Positions 30,953 through 43,127 of a stretch of 64,000 nucleotides of DNA are shown here, piece after piece (position 1 is the stretch's first letter; every line of letters starts with the position of its first letter). The notes below the pieces were generated by a model. It saw nothing but the letters and a program-made list of their open reading frames with translations, made no database searches and was not told the DNA's origin. Origin of the DNA: Paramoeba atlantica. Lineage: Eukaryota; Protista; Discosea. The stretch is from positions 310,001 through 374,000 of the forward strand of contig CDRNVI010000039.1 of assembly GCA_977017575.1 (NCBI GenBank), given 5' to 3'. The position numbers and the translations under genes were made by a program.

Positions 30953-33118
30953 TCAATTGCACTGCTGCGGGAGTGAATGAAGCTCCTTCTCATGCTGCAA
31001 TGCGGCACTATTAACCTTCAAATGTTTCTGAATAGGACCAACCACTGTAAGCTTCGATGGATCCCGTACTCGGGAGCAGGCAACATAGATAATGTGATCA
31101 CATGGGAAAGATTTCGTGCATTGTAACACCACCGGACAAGAGATGGTAAGACCTTGAGACTTGTGAATTGTTAAAGCATACGCAAGGGAGAGTGGAAAAC
31201 TCATGCGATGTACTTCACAGTAATCATAAACTGCCCCGCCGAAACTAAGCACAACGGGTGGAATAGGGATTCGCAGTCCGGTGTCGAACTCGACTTCAGG
31301 AATTGCCATAGTACTAGGAAGTAATTTTGCCATACGGCGCAAATAATATGGATTGTCAAAGTTCCTTTTATTAAGGCATGAAATCAGCTTAGTGACGGAC
31401 ACCATCCCACTAACATTACCGGTCATACCATTCACCAAAGTTTGTGACAGATTACGAGTTAAAAGTACTCTACAACCTATTTTGACGGATGTGGTTTCGT
31501 TAGTACTTTGTGTTTTCACTAGGCGGAGCAATTCCGACCGAGTATTGTGGGAGACATCGATATTTGTATCGTGTTCCCGAATAATGATTCGACAAGGATG
31601 ACTCTCAGCATACGCCCGAAGAGCTTCGGACAAAGATCCGATAACTTCAAAACGCTCTTCATCAGTAATAGTTTCTCGAGTGGAAGTAGAATCAGTGTCC
31701 ACACTTTCAGGATCGTTTTCTTTACCCGACACATTAGCCATCATATCGATCGAAAACACGCTTTGATCCTGATTAGTGAATGAATATCGAACACCAATTA
31801 CACTCGGATTAATATTATAGGCGTACAAATGCGAAACTACAAGTTTCGAAGATTTGTGTTGCAGTTCATTTGTTAGCCAATTCAACACAAGACTTGCATC
31901 TGTAGCGCGAGCGTGCTCAATTTGATGCACCTTTGTCCATATGCCTCGAAGCATCGGCTCCGTAGTAAAGCTCTCAAGGGTGAACAACTCACCACTATGT
32001 TTTTCAAGCTGCGCGGAATTGTGGGACTCGGCATCTGCCCGACGAGGAAAAAGAAACAACGATGTCTTTTCGTTAGATGCATCTTTCAAAGAATCCAGAA
32101 CACGTACCGTTTGTGAAAATTTCGGATGTAATTTTCCATGCCGCATATAGCGCAAAATTTCTAAGTATTGCGTGTGTTGCTGACGAAAATTTTCTTTCAG
32201 ACTATACGCCTTAAAATTTGTCTTGAACAAGGGATGGAGGAAGAATGCAGAGCTAGAATGTGGCAAGAGCTGAAGAAAGTCCCCAGACAGAATTAATTGG
32301 ACGCCACCAAATACTTTGTCCTTGTCACGTACACTTCGTGCGTTGACATCCAGTGCTTCGAAAAGCTGTGAGCCCATCATTGAAATTTCGTCGATAATCA
32401 GAACATCTATACTCTGTAACACACTTAAATTCATTTTTTCTTCGTCCGGCTTGATCCCCAGGGTGTGGTGCAAGGTACGCCCTCCAAGGTTCAGAGCTGC
32501 TATGCCAGTTGTTGCGGTGAGAGCAACCAATAAACCTTTTTCACGCAATACACGTGCCATAACCCTAAGTACAACCGTTTTTCCCGTTCCGGGAGGACCG
32601 GTTAAGTAAATCGATTGACCCTCTTCAACCACGCGTAACACCTTTTTTTGTTCTGAAGATAGGTCTTCTTCTGATAGAGTAGATGGCAATTCTTGCGTAA
32701 ATACCGCAGAGCACTGCTCGTTGATCTTCTTAAGAAACCTTTGGACTGAGTCTACGGCAGTTAATGGATCTTTAGTTAGGCTAGACAGCAAAGAACATGG
32801 TTTTATGCAAGATTTTTTCGTACCTTTAATCTGAGATTGTGTTCGAGAACAAGACTTGCTGCTTTGTAGACCATTCTCAGTATCTTGGCCAGCGAGTACT
32901 TTCTGTTCATTCAAGTTTGTACTTCCGACTGCGCTTATGGAAGCCGAATAATGTTCAACCATTGTTTGTAATTTTTCAGGACTATTTAAGACGACTTTTC
33001 CACTCGGATCCTGAGAGAAACCCCACTTTTGAAGCCTTAACCACTCCGGAGATTTAATATTGAGAAATTTGCTAGTAAAAGGATTGAGGACTCGTGCGAC
33101 CGAAACGTTTTGTTTCAT
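30953..33118 (-). CDS. PIF1: PIF1-family DNA helicase
   Basis: TGPPGTGKT; DEISM; FGGVQLILSGDFLQL; NLSQTLVNG; LAYALTIHKSQGLT; YVACSRV. Confidence 0.93.
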   Translation of the reverse strand: MKQNVSVARVLNPFTSKFLNIKSPEWLRLQKWGFSQDPSGKVVLNSPEKLQTMVEHYSASISAVGSTNLNEQKVLAGQDTENGLQSSKSCSRTQSQIKGTKKSCIKPCSLLSSLTKDPLTAVDSVQRFLKKINEQCSAVFTQELPSTLSEEDLSSEQKKVLRVVEEGQSIYLTGPPGTGKTVVLRVMARVLREKGLLVALTATTGIAALNLGGRTLHHTLGIKPDEEKMNLSVLQSIDVLIIDEISMMGSQLFEALDVNARSVRDKDKVFGGVQLILSGDFLQLLPHSSSAFFLHPLFKTNFKAYSLKENFRQQHTQYLEILRYMRHGKLHPKFSQTVRVLDSLKDASNEKTSLFLFPRRADAESHNSAQLEKHSGELFTLESFTTEPMLRGIWTKVHQIEHARATDASLVLNWLTNELQHKSSKLVVSHLYAYNINPSVIGVRYSFTNQDQSVFSIDMMANVSGKENDPESVDTDSTSTRETITDEERFEVIGSLSEALRAYAESHPCRIIIREHDTNIDVSHNTRSELLRLVKTQSTNETTSVKIGCRVLLTRNLSQTLVNGMTGNVSGMVSVTKLISCLNKRNFDNPYYLRRMAKLLPSTMAIPEVEFDTGLRIPIPPVVLSFGGAVYDYCEVHRMSFPLSLAYALTIHKSQGLTISCPVVLQCTKSFPCDHIIYVACSRVRDPSKLTVVGPIQKHLKVNSAALQHEKELHSLPQQCN

Positions 33119-33496
33119 GGCAGCCTAAGTTATAAAGTCTTTGTAAGAGACGATAGATCTAATCGGGTAAAAGTAGAAAATTCTTAATAGAGTTGTGAAG
33201 ACCGAAAAGTTCACTATGTAACGTCTCTAGCATAAATATTGTATTGTTATAACTTCGTTCAAGAGATACACCATTTTCTAATAAAAATAAATCAATTAGT
33301 CTGTTCACTAATTTGACTGTTCACTAGATAGCAGTATTTTCACTTTCAGCAACTACTTCCAGGTTCAAATTTTAGGGCCCAAATTTACTAAATAAATATT
33401 TCGCACATTAGAAAACCCAACAGGACCCACCATTTGGCAATATATTGATTTTAATACTCTTATGCGGAGTAAAAGGGAAACTAATTATACGCCTGA

Positions 33497-35383
33497 TTAG
33501 CTCTTCCTACGCCTCCTTTTCATTGCAGATATTGGAGAGGAGTGAAAAGTAGTTTCTGACATAACTGCTTTTCTGGAATTATTCGAAGCGTCATTGCTCA
33601 TCGTGATCGCTTTCTTTATGAATGAAGAACATGCAATGTCTTCATAAGAAACAGAATTAGGTCGTGTGACCCCAAAAATGTCCAACAGCCCTTGCGAACG
33701 TCGTAGGGAGCTTGCTATGCTGGCGCATGTAACTTGCTTACTCAGAGAAAGCACCGCGCTTGTTCTTTCAAGTATTTTTGTAGAGTGGTGAGATGACATC
33801 ACAGGACGAGCGTGAAGGAGGGCTCTGAGCCAAAGTACTGATCGAATGAAATGAACCCAAGATATCGTCGCTATGCGGGTAGAAGCCCGAGCAACACGAA
33901 TGGACTCGAACAGAGATAGAGCGCGAAGATTCTGCTCACGAAACAATTGACCACGATTGAGGTGAATCAGGCTAAATAGCCTTTTTACCGAAGAAATATC
34001 CATAGGTTCCGGTGCTGTTGCGGAAAGGCACTCCAAAGACATGGACTCTCCGCTTTCTTCCCGTAATAGTTGGCTCAAATCTTCTTTTATGTCTTTGTAC
34101 TCAACTGTATCGGTAAAGACATTTGAGATATGAAGCCCCGTAGACGCAAAAGAGGCGACATCCGATAGTTTATTGGACGGAGTCTCGGAAACAGTGAGTA
34201 AATTCGTAGAGTTTGTTTCCTGAAGAATTCCCCAGGAAAAAGATTCGATACTGTGAAATTTTGGGTTCCAGTACATTCCGCTTTGGTCTTTCAAAAGAGA
34301 AATTTTGTTGCACTGCAAAAAAGGCTTTTCAGAATGCACTTTATCATTTAGGCCGAATAATGAGTCGGGTAAGCTTGGTCCTGATTCTACTTTCTGAAGA
34401 ACAAGATCAAGTATTTGCGCTTCTTCCCCCAATTTAGCCACCATGCAGTAGCGACCATTTGCAACAACAAGAAAATTAGAGGAAGGTGAGGGCAAATCAC
34501 ACGGGGCCTCATTTCTCGTCAAAAAGGACCGCATGGAGCCACTGTACATAAACTTTGGTGTTTCGCAACTCTTTGTATTCCATAGTGCAACCTCACCGTC
34601 CAATGTTCCCAGGGCGAGGTGGCTGTCGTCAACCATGTGAAGAAGTGATAAGGGAGAGAAAAGTCGGGCCATCAAAGATTTATTGCGCCATTTCAGAGAA
34701 TACACTTTCTTGCGTTTTCTGGTACTGTATATTCGCATGTATTTTTCTGTAGCTATAGCGACCAACTTTCCACTAGGACTCGCAGCGATATGAGTAATAG
34801 GAACTGCTTGCGAACTGTGGAGCTCATGTACTTTCTTGCCATCATGCCACCAGAGAGCAAAATTGGTATCCACGTATGAAAAAGGTGGAATACTACCCAA
34901 TGGTTTCCGTAGTCTTGGTGCAATTCCTATTTGACAAACAAAAAGATTTCCGTCGAACTGCGATCCGCCCTCTAAAGTGTGTATCGGATCCTTTGTCCAT
35001 TGAAAGTAATAATCGCCAGCCCCTTGCTCAAACCTATCAAGACTTGACGAAAACAAAGACCAGACGCTCGCATCAGTGAAACACACAAGAAGAGACGAGT
35101 CGCTATCCCAAGCTGCAGTACTGATTTTTCTGGAAATTGATATTGAACGCTTTTTCGTTTCTTGTGGAAGGGCAAAAATACAACTCGATGTTGAATCAGA
35201 AGCACTGTGCAGATCGTCTCGAACAAGACCTTTTAATCTCACTGGAGGACGCACTGGAGCGTAGAATTTTCCCTGTGGAGTGATTATTTGAATTTCATCC
35301 GACTCTTCCGGGTCCTCAAAGTGCTCCAAAATGGCGCAAAAAGTGCCGTGTGGACTCAAAAGAAAGACGCGTTCCCGTCCCAT
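33497..35383 (-). CDS. WD40-repeat hypothetical protein
   Basis: ITHIAASPSGKLVAI; LALGTLDGEVALWN. Confidence 0.7.
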   Translation of the reverse strand: MGRERVFLLSPHGTFCAILEHFEDPEESDEIQIITPQGKFYAPVRPPVRLKGLVRDDLHSASDSTSSCIFALPQETKKRSISISRKISTAAWDSDSSLLVCFTDASVWSLFSSSLDRFEQGAGDYYFQWTKDPIHTLEGGSQFDGNLFVCQIGIAPRLRKPLGSIPPFSYVDTNFALWWHDGKKVHELHSSQAVPITHIAASPSGKLVAIATEKYMRIYSTRKRKKVYSLKWRNKSLMARLFSPLSLLHMVDDSHLALGTLDGEVALWNTKSCETPKFMYSGSMRSFLTRNEAPCDLPSPSSNFLVVANGRYCMVAKLGEEAQILDLVLQKVESGPSLPDSLFGLNDKVHSEKPFLQCNKISLLKDQSGMYWNPKFHSIESFSWGILQETNSTNLLTVSETPSNKLSDVASFASTGLHISNVFTDTVEYKDIKEDLSQLLREESGESMSLECLSATAPEPMDISSVKRLFSLIHLNRGQLFREQNLRALSLFESIRVARASTRIATISWVHFIRSVLWLRALLHARPVMSSHHSTKILERTSAVLSLSKQVTCASIASSLRRSQGLLDIFGVTRPNSVSYEDIACSSFIKKAITMSNDASNNSRKAVMSETTFHSSPISAMKRRRRKS

Positions 35384-35525
35384 AGTCGAAATTCGTGTAC
35401 TTAAGCAGATAGTAGTTGAATGAAAATTATTGTACCACGAAAAAAGATACCGAAATACAGGAAAACACTATTTTTGAAGATCACGACGAGGAACGAATTG
35501 AAGATTTATACACAAATTACAAACA

Positions 35526-36194
35526 CTAAGTTCTCATGTAAATGAAAAGCAATAAAAGAGTGATGATTATCATTCCGAAATACAAGAAAATACGATCTAA
35601 ATGTATCGTACTCATAATATTGCGGAGGAGTTGTGTTGAAAAACTAGATGACGCGGAAAGTTTACTGAGTCTGTCTTGCGAGTGAAGAATTCCCTCACGC
35701 TGCGACTTTAATGCATTGAGTACCGCAATACTTTCGGAAGTCATTGATTGAACTTCCTTTTGTGTGTGGACAAGAGAGTCATACTCGGAGAGAAGTTCCG
35801 ATTCGGGCCCGTATGAATCCTCCAAGACCTTTTTATCTTGTTCCGAGAGTCTAAAGGCCTCTCTGCTGCGTATAATTCTGTCGTTTTTACGTTTCTTAAT
35901 TTCCAAGCTTTGCAGCATACCGCGCAACCTTTCGCATTCCTCGTGTAACATGGTAAGCCTTGCTGTCCACTGTATTCTTGACTGAGCTCCACTCACCATT
36001 GTTGGTAATATTTCTGCAACTTCGTTCAGTTTCTCTTCGCATTCACGTCCACGTGCCGAAAGATACGTTAATAGTTGTGAATCGAGGGAGTGAGACGCCG
36101 ATTTTGAATTTGAAACCGCCTGCTCTACTTGCTGAGAGTGCGCCTCCAGCAGAATCTTTGAAAGATAGAATTTATCTTCAAAATCAGAGCTCAT
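35526..36194 (-). CDS. Qb-SNARE (GOSR1/membrin-like)
   Basis: SNARE helix LNALKSQREGIL followed by a C-terminal TM segment IFLYFGMIIITLLLLFIY. Confidence 0.8.
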   Translation of the reverse strand: MSSDFEDKFYLSKILLEAHSQQVEQAVSNSKSASHSLDSQLLTYLSARGRECEEKLNEVAEILPTMVSGAQSRIQWTARLTMLHEECERLRGMLQSLEIKKRKNDRIIRSREAFRLSEQDKKVLEDSYGPESELLSEYDSLVHTQKEVQSMTSESIAVLNALKSQREGILHSQDRLSKLSASSSFSTQLLRNIMSTIHLDRIFLYFGMIIITLLLLFIYMRT

Positions 36195-36636
36195 AAACGT
36201 CTCCCTTCATTTACACGATGCAAGATCTAAAAGTATAACACTATATTATCCTAAACATCAATGCTCATGGTGTAATTACCAAGCGTGTACATCACACTTT
36301 TTTTTATTCAGAAAGCCAAGTGAAAAATAAGCGTGAAAGGTAGACTTAGAGAGGGCAGAAATACATGTACTATATCCATCAGCTAATCCACATGAGATTA
36401 CCATTTTTTTTCGTACTGCACAATTTTCTGAGAGTTTAAAGGGGTAACTACCGTTGGGCGCTACTATGAAGGGGATAACAATTGGTGTACACCCCCTAGG
36501 CCCACCGGAAGCCTACCCCCCAATCGCACAATATTCGACTATGACCACATGAATCACGCGCTGTGTATTGAAAATTTTGTGTTGAGTACACTCCACAGAA
36601 GTCTTTGGGTAGCCAATAGTTGGTACGAAAAATAGC

Positions 36637-37704
36637 CTAAGACCAACAGTCTTGACCCGATTTCTCTATGGCAATCTCACTCGACACCATATCGTCAACC
36701 AAACCATAAAAATCGAAATTTCGCTTCCAGCCCAATGTTTTCTCCGCATGAGACGGATCACCCAGAAGCGAATCCACCTCAGCCGGTCGAAAATACTTCG
36801 CCGTGACCCGAACCAGTACCCGCCCTGTCCCCCCCGTCTCCACCCCCACCTCACCCACCCCCTCCCCCTCCCACCGCAGCCCTATCCCCACCCTTTCAAA
36901 CACCGCCACACAAAACTCCCGCACCGCGTACTGCCTCCCCGTCGCGAGTACGTAATCCCCCGGCCCCTCCTGCTGCAGCATCCGCCACATCCCCTCCACA
37001 TAGTCCTTCGCGTGCCCCCAGTCCCTTTTCGCGTCCAGATTCCCCAGACACAGCTCGTGTTGTCGCCCCGCGGCGATACGCACCGCGGCGCGGACGATCT
37101 TGCGCGTGACAAAGGTCGCCCCGCGGCGCGGGGACTCGTGGTTGAACAGAACCCCGTTGCAGGCGAACAGCCCGTAGGCGTGGCGGTGGACGACCGTGGA
37201 CCAGTACGCGTGGAGCTTCGCGCAGGCGTAGGGGGAGCGGGGGCGGAAGGGGGTGGACTCGGTTTGGGGGCTCTCGGTGGGTTGCCCGTAGAGCTCGGAG
37301 GTGGAGGCTTGGTAGAACCGGCAGTGGGCGGGGGGGAGGGGGGAGAGACGGAGGGCCTCGAGGAGACGGAGGCAGCCGAGGGCGTTGACGTTGGCGGTGT
37401 GCTCGGGGAGGTCGAAGCTGACTTTGACGTGGCTCTGGGCGCCGAGGTTGTAGATCTCGGTGGGGCGGAGGGAGGTGATGAGGTGGAGGAGGGGGAGGGT
37501 GTCGGTGAGGTCGCCGTAGTGGAGGTGGAGACGGGGGTGGGTGTAGATGTGGTTGATGCGGGAGGTGGAAAAGGTGGAGGTGCGGCGTACAAGGCCATGG
37601 ACGGTGTAGCCTTTCTCGAGGAGAAGCTCGGCGAGGTAGGAGCCATCCTGACCCGATATCCCAGTAATAAGAGCAACCCCCGGTTCTCTACTTTGTTCGT
37701 CCAT
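36637..37704 (-). CDS. GMD: GDP-mannose 4,6-dehydratase
   Basis: [16 protein letters not shown]; [10 protein letters not shown]; PRSPYACAK; FNHESPRRG; [10 protein letters not shown]. Start at ATG 37704. Confidence 0.97.
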   Translation of the reverse strand: MDEQSREPGVALITGISGQDGSYLAELLLEKGYTVHGLVRRTSTFSTSRINHIYTHPRLHLHYGDLTDTLPLLHLITSLRPTEIYNLGAQSHVKVSFDLPEHTANVNALGCLRLLEALRLSPLPPAHCRFYQASTSELYGQPTESPQTESTPFRPRSPYACAKLHAYWSTVVHRHAYGLFACNGVLFNHESPRRGATFVTRKIVRAAVRIAAGRQHELCLGNLDAKRDWGHAKDYVEGMWRMLQQEGPGDYVLATGRQYAVREFCVAVFERVGIGLRWEGEGVGEVGVETGGTGRVLVRVTAKYFRPAEVDSLLGDPSHAEKTLGWKRNFDFYGLVDDMVSSEIAIEKSGQDCWS

Positions 37705-38008
37705 TCTTTGTGAAGTTACATTGACGTAAGCACCCCGATAAACAAGAAAAATAGCACTTAGGATTTTCAAACTGTGATGTATGAGATACTTATATTTCAA
37801 GTACTGTGTGTGATTTAGTGCTTTGAAAACTGCATAGAATCTCATTGTACTAGAAACTCGCAGTGTACTCGAAGCACTGTACATGTTCACTTTGCTATGA
37901 TGTGATCGCAAAATTGGAAGCCTACAAAGACCAAACAACGTAATAATCAGTAAAAAGTGATTAGAGGAACGTAATGGGCAACAGATGTGCAAGGATTTTA
38001 AGAAATTC

Positions 38009-39754
38009 CTACACAGCGGGTGTGTCATTTTTTGTTGTATCACTCGTCTGCTGTGGTATTTCAACGCATAACCATCTTATTTGGTCATCTACTCGATCGC
38101 GGTACGGTAGATGCCAATGCCTGTTGCTTTCCTCATATTGCATGCAAAAAGAGTATGAACGAGGCACTTGCAACCGCGCTCTCATCCCAGGAGCTAAAAT
38201 CCCAAAAAAGATTTGACTCGTCTGTTTCCATCTCAAAAAGGATTTTTGAGAAAGCATCGCGTAGTGGTGATCTCTCATTTTATCATTAGTAATCACATAA
38301 GCAGGACGACTCGGCTGGCTAAGGTACACAGCAGCATAGAGCCAAAAATAATCGTCGCAAACCCCCTCGGGCGAGGTGTATAAAATGCCCCTTTCACGCC
38401 AATTGCGTACCATCTCCTGATACTGGGGCTGAAGGGCCTCTTTGGCCGTGTGACGTTCGTGAAAAACAATAAGAGGAGTTCCCAGCTTCGCATTTTCTAT
38501 CGCCTCACACACTGCTTGAATATGCTCCAATCGAGCAGGAACCTTTTTTGTTGCAGCGCGCTTTCTCCACTTACGATCTTCGTCCTGAATTTTTTCAATC
38601 ACGTTCTCTTCCTTCTCTCGAAAGTTTTGAGATTCAATCGATTCAGCACCCCAAGCTGAGAGACCGCAATAGCCTACGTTGGCACCATCAATAATCACTC
38701 GAATGACCCGATCATCGCACATTTTCCTGAGTTTGGAAATGACCTCATTAGGAAGTTCTGCAGGTATTAATTTTTTCTCAATATCGCCCAGAAGTTGTGC
38801 ACGATACTCCTCACTGAAAGGATATAACTTTAATTCGCTTTTGCAATGACTACAGTAACCGAAATGTTGTTCGGATGGCCTCCTACAAAGGATATCGGTA
38901 TCTTTTTGTTCATATGCTGCGGGAAACACCACTTCCACCTCATCTCGTATGGTGCACTCGGATGCATTTGGCTTAATGTTCTTGTCAGGCTCAGAATCTC
39001 TACACGCGTAGAAAACGGCATCGACAAAGTCATGCGAAACCAATGGGATGTCTTCTCTCATATCTTGAAGAATGCCGTGAAGCAACTGACCCGCAAAAGG
39101 AAGTTTGAGCATGCAAGCGTAGTCTACTTGATCCAAAATAACGCTAGCCTTTCGTGCGAATGCACGCGCCTCGTTCAGCAAAGCAAAGCTGCTGCAAATT
39201 TCAAAAAAAGGAGCAAAATGCCGTCTTTGAATAGCAGAACCCTCCCCAGGACTTCCAAAATGAGCCTTCTTCAATATTGCTAACACGTTTTTTAAGCAGG
39301 ATTCATTTTTCACGTGCGGTAAAGCATTTTCTCGAGATAATCCCTTTTTCTCCTCGTTTTCTGAAGACGAATAGCCGGAGTTACCCCCGGAGAAAGCGCT
39401 ATTTCTACATAAGATAGTAATGCTCTTGGCTAAAATTGAGGAATTCCATTGAAAATCATGTACCCTTAGTAGATCTTGTAACAATGAACTGGCGTCCGAC
39501 CATCGGTTCGTAGATGTACATAAATGCAGGGCTGCTGAAACTAATGAAGGAGGCAACATTACTTCTTGCGCAGGATCTTTTACCCGCTTTTGTGTTTTCA
39601 GAGTGATTTCTTCGGCAAATTTCATGTCAGAAACCAAAGTTGAAGGCGCTTTCGATGTGGAACTGAGCCAGTTTCGAAGATACAATAGAGCAGCATCGCA
39701 ATCCCGTTTCGATATGGCCTGTCGTAGCAGCGAAAAATCTTTAGCACTAACCAT
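38009..39754 (-). CDS. PRORP: protein-only RNase P
   Basis: NYN motifs [33 protein letters not shown]; Zn-site cysteines. Confidence 0.88.
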   Translation of the reverse strand: MVSAKDFSLLRQAISKRDCDAALLYLRNWLSSTSKAPSTLVSDMKFAEEITLKTQKRVKDPAQEVMLPPSLVSAALHLCTSTNRWSDASSLLQDLLRVHDFQWNSSILAKSITILCRNSAFSGGNSGYSSSENEEKKGLSRENALPHVKNESCLKNVLAILKKAHFGSPGEGSAIQRRHFAPFFEICSSFALLNEARAFARKASVILDQVDYACMLKLPFAGQLLHGILQDMREDIPLVSHDFVDAVFYACRDSEPDKNIKPNASECTIRDEVEVVFPAAYEQKDTDILCRRPSEQHFGYCSHCKSELKLYPFSEEYRAQLLGDIEKKLIPAELPNEVISKLRKMCDDRVIRVIIDGANVGYCGLSAWGAESIESQNFREKEENVIEKIQDEDRKWRKRAATKKVPARLEHIQAVCEAIENAKLGTPLIVFHERHTAKEALQPQYQEMVRNWRERGILYTSPEGVCDDYFWLYAAVYLSQPSRPAYVITNDKMRDHHYAMLSQKSFLRWKQTSQIFFGILAPGMRARLQVPRSYSFCMQYEESNRHWHLPYRDRVDDQIRWLCVEIPQQTSDTTKNDTPAV

Positions 39755-40025
39755 TTTTGACAGTAGGGGTAGCGCCACACTTGTTTTGAAACATGAAAGA
39801 TTTATACTAAGGTCTCAACTGCTCGAAAAAACATAAGAAACGTTTTTCTTATATTTAAAGTAGTGAATTTTAATTTTTTTAGGAAGCCCATACAGCAAAA
39901 AAAAGTTATAAGAAATATCAAAATGACCTACAGAAAACAAGTTTGAGATTTAACAGCAAGAGATGAAAAATTTGGACACGAAAAAAATGTCGGCCATCAA
40001 TTTCGTAAGTTACGCGTTTCATCCA

Positions 40026-41093
40026 CTACGACTTCTTCCGATCATTGTTTTCTGAGGAAGCGCTTGACGCGCAGTTCTCTGCACTCCATCGCCGAATTAC
40101 ATCATCCATCGGAACCTCTTCGTAAGGCCTAGTAATAACGGGGTCAAGTGGACTCAGAAAATGAAAATTGCCCTTATAAATTTCCTCATCAGGGGTTCGG
40201 TCCAAAAGCGCAATGTGAAAGCGAATGTAGTGGACAAGAGCGTAGTATGTGTAGAAAGAGAGGTCTTCCGGCCGGGGCAAAGGCATCAACCTCATGAGAA
40301 CACTGAGCACTGCAAGGTCCGCCCCAGGCCCCTCATGGGAGAGGGCCTCCTCAAGATTACAAGAGACTACGTAGTACATATCCAGAATAAAATGTCGGAT
40401 TTTAAACATGGGGGGACGGCCCATTAGACTCTGACAACTTTGCTCCCACGAGGTTCGCATGGATTCAAGCATTTCTTGCATAACCTCTCTGCGACGCGAC
40501 CAGTCATCCACGGATACGGAAAGTGCCCGGCGAGCGATTAGGTGAAGGTGCAGGACCCATAGAAAGTAAATTACGTCAAGTTCCAGGTGCTGTAAATTGA
40601 AAAGTTTGACCCACTCTGGACTCATGACCTGAAATGCTAAGTTGCCACTCATAAAATCAGCCACAGCTTGGACTTTATCTTGCATTGAAAGAGATTTTGG
40701 ACGCGTTCCATCATACTTTGAAACTGTTGAGGGCTCTCGCACGTCGACTCCTTTATACATCTCGCGTTGATGTGCGGAAACTGCACTGAGTTGGGCTTCG
40801 TGAGGTGTGATTTCGTATACTTCACGCATTCTCATGCGTATCGGAGTAGTGTGAATGTGAAGAGAATCTTCTTCAGATTTCTGAATTACCTCTACATCTG
40901 ATGCAGTTTTCCCGCTTTGTTTCGACATTTTCCCTCTCTTCCGCGCTTTGCCTTGAAGGGTGTAGTTTTCATATTTCTCAAGCGAAGATAGCCCTTGGGT
41001 TGGACGTACTGTTAGGGGCGATTTGACCGCCGGAAGCTTACTTTTGATCCATGCTTCCCCTGTTAAACAACGAAGACGCCGTGTATGTATCAT
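40026..41093 (-). CDS. mitochondrial protein, possible Cbp3/UQCC1-like domain
   Basis: Basic N-terminal leader; FLWVLHLHLIARRAL resembles the Cbp3 core. Confidence 0.5.
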   Translation of the reverse strand: MIHTRRLRCLTGEAWIKSKLPAVKSPLTVRPTQGLSSLEKYENYTLQGKARKRGKMSKQSGKTASDVEVIQKSEEDSLHIHTTPIRMRMREVYEITPHEAQLSAVSAHQREMYKGVDVREPSTVSKYDGTRPKSLSMQDKVQAVADFMSGNLAFQVMSPEWVKLFNLQHLELDVIYFLWVLHLHLIARRALSVSVDDWSRRREVMQEMLESMRTSWEQSCQSLMGRPPMFKIRHFILDMYYVVSCNLEEALSHEGPGADLAVLSVLMRLMPLPRPEDLSFYTYYALVHYIRFHIALLDRTPDEEIYKGNFHFLSPLDPVITRPYEEVPMDDVIRRWSAENCASSASSENNDRKKS

Positions 41094-41763
41094 TTTGTGT
41101 GTGGAACGTATAGTTTTATGTAAAGAAATGTTGTATCGATCAGTAAATTAAGACGACATTTAAAAAAAGTAAGGTCACGCGACGTGTTTTCTGAATATGC
41201 TATTCGGCAAGAAGGGGTTCATAAAAAATTAGAGTGTATGTACATCTATCCTGCAAGAAACACCTTAGAGTTAGAGATTCTACTGAAGACAACGAAAGTT
41301 GACCAATGAAAACAATTTAAGCACTCCCAGTAGGACGCTTATTTTCCACAGAGAAGCATATTTACAAACTTAATTTAAAATCACAAATTAGAATGCCTTT
41401 AACTTTACTTGTCATTACAAATTTTAAATTTGCTTAACAATATTATAGTTAACCATATTGTCCATGTAAATCTTAGATATTTAATTAAAATGAATTTAGA
41501 GTTACTTTACCACGTTATTTTTGGACTTAATATTGAGCAACAATCATAACTTCCGTTCTTAAACATGACTGAGGATAAGTGACCTTTTTCAAAAAAGTCA
41601 AACATCCTTATACAGAAGAAAGAAAAGTCTTTAAAACATGATAATCCTGTATTCTTTTTCACACCTTGTATCATTCCCAAGAAAAAAAAGCAAAGTCACC
41701 TCTTTTTTACCCCCCCCCCCCCCCAACACGCACGCGTGGAGCGTATCCATGGCTCCATCTCGT

Positions 41764-42870
41764 TCACTTATGATGCGCGCGACGAAAGGAGATACTCGGG
41801 GAGGGTATCTTTGTGTCAAACCTCCCCCCGCGCTCCTCGAGCCCGCGTGTCAGTCGGCGTGTCACGGCACTGCGAAAAGAGCTGTGCCCGGAGGAACCAG
41901 TAGGGGTGGAGGGAACTCTGCGTAAATGGGATCTCACGGCCGCAGAGGAAGGCGACTGTGAGGGAAACTGTGAGGGGTGGGCAGGCGGTGCGCTGCCGCG
42001 TAGAGAGAAGGATGCAAAGTCCTCGAGACTGTCCTCGGAGAGGGAGTCGTCCGCGCTGTACCAGGATTGAGAGACCTCATAACCAAAGGTAAAATTGGGT
42101 TTCAAGGTGGGAAGAAGGTTGCAGACATCGTCACAGTGTTCGAAGATGGCTCGGGCGTAGGTGTCTTGGGTTTGTAACATGGGGCTGACGTTTTTATAAA
42201 GGTTGATTTGGATAGGATGAAGATTTCCAAGGTCAACCAAGGTGTGAAAAACCATTTGATCTTCTAACGGGACAGCTTGCGGGAGACCAAGTACGTCTGT
42301 GGCAGCATCAAGAGTAGATTTCTTCATGCGCTGTATGCTATTTTTTATATCGTGATTACCTGTTTCGGTAAGTCGCACAGATGAAACTGTGCTATTTTTA
42401 ATTTTCCTACCGAACAAAGACATCTTGTCCTGCGAATCTTCGCAAGAAGGTTCGATCCGTGCGTGAGAAATACAAGCAGTTGAAAACGACGCGGAATTCG
42501 CACCTCGTGCAGATTGTTGAGCGCAATATTCGAGGTCCTGAATTTTGGCTTCGTAGGCCATGCAGCATTGCTGCAAGTGAGCGACATGATCTTGTGCCTG
42601 CTGCAGCTGAAAAATTAAATCTTCGAAAGGCTCGCCGTAAGATGTAAGATAAGGTGTTGGTGGATAAGATTCCGCATTGGCGGGAGCAGCTTCACGAGTA
42701 TCTTTTCCTTGCCCCGTTAGAGGAATTCGAGAATAACGCGACCGACGCTGCCTTCGAGGTCTGGAGCGGGATATATTTTGATGATCCAGTTCAAGACTTG
42801 GTGGAGAACAATTGTAGGATTCCGTGCAAGACGTCTGCGAAGGAGGTAACTCGGTAGACGAGTAGCTCAT
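41764..42870 (-). CDS. hypothetical protein with a coiled coil
   Basis: 368 aa ORF; LQQAQDHVAHLQQ..YEAKIQDLE. Confidence 0.7.
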   Translation of the reverse strand: MSYSSTELPPSQTSCTESYNCSPPSLELDHQNISRSRPRRQRRSRYSRIPLTGQGKDTREAAPANAESYPPTPYLTSYGEPFEDLIFQLQQAQDHVAHLQQCCMAYEAKIQDLEYCAQQSARGANSASFSTACISHARIEPSCEDSQDKMSLFGRKIKNSTVSSVRLTETGNHDIKNSIQRMKKSTLDAATDVLGLPQAVPLEDQMVFHTLVDLGNLHPIQINLYKNVSPMLQTQDTYARAIFEHCDDVCNLLPTLKPNFTFGYEVSQSWYSADDSLSEDSLEDFASFSLRGSAPPAHPSQFPSQSPSSAAVRSHLRRVPSTPTGSSGHSSFRSAVTRRLTRGLEERGGRFDTKIPSPSISFRRAHHK

Positions 42871-43127
42871 CGTAGAGAACTACCAGGAGAAATATAAAAA
42901 GAAAGGTAAAATATATTTTTGATATTAAAGTAGAGCAAAATGTGTAGTTTTGCATACAACGTGTAGTGCAAACGCTGTACATACACTATACTGTATGTAC
43001 ACTGCACAGGATGTATTTTAATTTTTTTTAAAGGTGCACGTCGTAGGAGAAAAATAATCCATGCTAATTGTGCGAGCCAAAAAATCGGTTATAAATTTTA
43101 TAATATAAAATGAATGACTGTGTACAC

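Noticed and set aside
36652-37713. Long + strand ORFs opposite GMD, RUVBL2 (55873-56931), 58628-59470 and 7536-8042
   Set aside because: Antisense shadows caused by stop-codon scarcity in GC islands; no motifs
37705-38064. ORF-track N-terminal extensions (GMD, RUVBL2, NOP56, FEN1, DPH6, PEX10)
   Set aside because: They start at non-ATG or upstream codons, cross pyrimidine-rich leaders or overlap neighbouring genes; homology begins at a later ATG
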